64,000 nucleotides of DNA, from positions 11,861,640 through 11,925,639 of the forward strand of contig NC_057718.1 in assembly GCF_004010195.1 (NCBI RefSeq). Reading direction: 5' to 3'. This DNA comes from Chiloscyllium plagiosum. Its lineage: Eukaryota. The position numbers and the translations under genes are program-made. The notes beneath the pieces are model-generated. The model saw nothing but the letters and a program-made list of their open reading frames with translations. It did no database searches and was not told where the DNA came from. Shown piece after piece: positions 61,350 to 64,000 of this stretch (position 1 is its first letter; the number at the start of each line of letters is the position of its first letter).

Positions 61350-61458
61350 TCTCCTTGGAGCATAGTACCTAAGATGGCACCATTACTGGCAACTTGTAAA
61401 CCTTTCACTGTACTCATTTGAGTACATGTAACAATAAAGCTAATTCAATTCAATTCAG
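61350..61458 (+). mobile_element. 3' end of the Rex1/Babar-tailed non-coding retroposon family
   Basis: cctaagatggcac...ttcactgtactcatttgagtacatgtaacaataaa matches the reverse complement of 37712-37782, followed by an (AATTC)n tail. Confidence 0.75.
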
Positions 61459-63231
61459 ATTGTGAATAGGATTGCAAAGAAATATAGCAGTTTGATGAGA
61501 GATATAATTGCATTTTCCTTCTGTCATGAAAACACAGGTATAGAGGTTAAAGATGAGCTTCAACTCTGGTCAGTGTGTATTAGTGGCCTGAAGTCCTGAT
61601 GTGTGGACTTGTGTACTGTGAGAATCATAGCTTTGAGAACATTTTTTCAATATCTCTGCACTTCAGGTAAAAAAAGGGTTTCCCTGCCACTTTGAGTGCT
61701 GCCAGTCAGTCGCTACCAAAAGGAATCAGGCCAAAATAATTTTGATCAACCTACAAACTCAAGTATTTCAAATTGGATTGTTCCAACTACCAGTGTCAAT
61801 GCGATCGGTGACATCCACTGCAACAGCCACAAGGAATTCAACAACTGCTTTTTTTGTAAAACTTTCATCTTTTTTAAGTCTTGTCTCTTAATTCTAATCT
61901 GCATATATGTGCATTGTGTTACTATTTCTTCGTATCTCAAAATTAATGAACCCACTGTTTTCACTCATTCAAGAAAGCCTACTTACATTTTTTTAAAACA
62001 TTGTTCCTTTTGGTCTGAAAGGAAAGTATCCACAAGGAAAGAGAGTCTTTTAAAATGAACTGAGGGGGAGGGTAAATAACGGCAGGGAGCCAGTTTGCTT
62101 TCCTCACCTGGGAGCTCAATGGTTCGAGGTATTCTGTCTGGAATCATGAAAAATTTGGGAACCTCGTTAGGGACAGCTCAGTAAAGGCATAACTGATAAG
62201 CTAGGAAGTCTTCGATCAGTTACATTGTAAACTCCAGCTATACTGTTTCAGAGGTTACTGATCAAAGCATGCCTGCCAGAAAGTGGTTCCACTGCCAGAC
62301 AGGTGATAGCCATGTTCCTGGAAGGCACTTTACCTGGCACTTAACAATATCCAGCCCTCCACAAACCTTCAATTATATTTCTCTGCTGTCAGGCTTCAAC
62401 ATATAAACAAAAAAAAAGGAGCAGATGGGGACCGTTTGTCCTTTGAGCCATTCAATAAGATCATGACTAATCTGTGTTCTAAGTTCCACAGGCAAACATT
62501 TCTCAGGCCTTGAACAATAAAGGCTATGGCGAGAAACTTAGGAGATTTACACAAGATGTTGACTGAGGCTTTTCATAATGTCAAGACTGACAGGTTGTAT
62601 TTTCCAACCGAGTCCCAAACATTGAGATGAAATGCTTGCTAGTGAGCAGCGACATGTATACTAACAGGGATTATCCACATTATAGTCTAATCTCACTTTC
62701 TTAATATCCTCTCTCCCTTTCTCCCATCAGCTGGTTACAAATCATGATGTCAAGCATTCCTGATATGAAAGACTGATGGGTACCTGATGACTCCAGCCAC
62801 TGCCTGCTCCTCTGTATCTCCATTTTAGAAACCTGGAACCAATATCTCAGGTCATACTCCAAGGCAGATACAACATGCAGCCCATTTCTATGGACACTGG
62901 CATCCAACATGTGTTAGCCTCACCACATCATCATGGCACATCTGTGATCAACTTGAAAAAGGCCTCTGCACCTTATTGCTATACTTTGGAATGCACCAGC
63001 ATCTCTCATTGGAGTGAACACTTGGTATGCTCAGGGACAGGTTCCTAGCTCACACACCTGACCATGCTCTATCTCAGGTCTGTTCACTCACTCACTAAGC
63101 AGACACTCACTTTGCACCAACTGGATGCTCACAGCATCCCTGCCTCACCTTGCCTTTTTGACATTTTGCCTCCTTAACCAGACCTTACAGACACACTGTA
63201 TTTCAGGTTTGCCTTGATTTTTAGTGCAGAC

Positions 63232-64000
63232 TGTGATGACGTTGCTCCTTTAACAAGGTTATGTTGTCCTTGGGTTTTTGTTTTTGGAGAGGTCATAAAG
63301 GTAGAGGTTCTGATATATCTGGAAATACCTACTTGAAAAAGCTTTTAAGTGTTTTATTAAAACACTTGTACAATGAAAGGACAGTGGCCAGTTCTCCTAG
63401 GGTTTTGGTTTGATTTGTTTTTAGCAAATTGGTTTATTTGCAGCGGCTGGTCAAGTTTTAGCTGAAGACCCAGAGAAGCTTCTGGGGACCCAGAGAAGTT
63501 GCTGGGAACCCAGAGAAGCAGTTCCATGCTGATCCTCTCTCTTTCTGACATCTCTCCTGTAAGATTTTACCTTTTTTTGCCAAGGGCTGTTTATTGATTA
63601 GATTAGATTAGATTCCCTACAGTGTGGAAACAGGCCCTTCAGCCCAACAAGTCCACACCGACCCTCCGAAGAGTAATCCATCCAGACCCATTTCCCTCTG
63701 ACTAAAGCACCGAACACAATGGGCAATTTAGCATGGCCAATTCACCTGACCTGCACATCTTTGGACTGTGGGAGGAAACCAAAGCACCCGGAGAAATCCC
63801 ACGCAGACACGGGGAGAATGTGCAAACTCCACACAGACAGTCATCCGAGACTGGAACCCTGGACCCTGGTGCTGTGAGGCAGCAGTGCTAACCAGTGAGC
63901 CACCATGTCACCTAAATATGGGGATGTTGCACGTATTTGGAACAGCATCACTAAGTTGCAGGAGAGAAAATTGGGTTTTCAGGTAAGTTATTCTAAATGT
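63232..64000. repeat. Possible LTR-like repeat interrupted by a SINE
   Basis: Starts TGTGATGAC and contains a 3x20-bp tandem repeat. Runs off the window. Confidence 0.3.
63594..63908 (-). mobile_element. HE1-type V-SINE
   Basis: Family homology and (TTAGA)n. Confidence 0.93.

Noticed and set aside
61696..62058. 120-aa ORF, and similar ORFs at 11988-12395, 41855-42301 and 43775-44158
   Set aside because: No recognisable domain or splice context. They lie in low-complexity, repeat-derived or unremarkable sequence.
1..64000. CRISPR array, prokaryotic operon or endogenous viral gene
   Set aside because: No regular repeat-spacer array and no long non-transposon ORF. The content is vertebrate interspersed repeats.

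Overview
Repeat-dominated, apparently gene-free (intergenic or deep intronic) vertebrate DNA. The repeat repertoire points to a cartilaginous fish, probably a shark (inference): HE1-type V-SINEs with (TCTAA)n tails, many CR1/HER1-type LINE fragments, DeuSINE-like copies and two clades of Penelope-like elements (PLEs). Every recognisable ORF is a decayed transposon ORF: CR1 APE/RT, PLE RT/GIY-YIG, an RTE C-terminus and a Harbinger-type Myb/SANT domain. I cannot support any host gene; there is one 42-nt micro-exon/enhancer candidate at 30857-30898. The most notable structure is a dense set of minimal hammerhead ribozyme (HHR) motifs from at least four PLE-related families, with compensatory changes in their stems. 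They occur in PLE pseudo-LTRs and in 120-240 bp ORF-less single-arm or palindromic insertions flanked by 12-16 bp target-site duplications (TSDs). The best example is 38593-38829, with an intact HHR core on each strand. Other observations are a near-full-length PLE with an inverted 5' partner, a SINE-like family with shared ends and a Rex1/Babar-like tail, Tigger-like MITEs and multi-level nested insertions. Two N gaps are present. Boundaries of old repeats are approximate, and family names come from motif recognition, not database searches.
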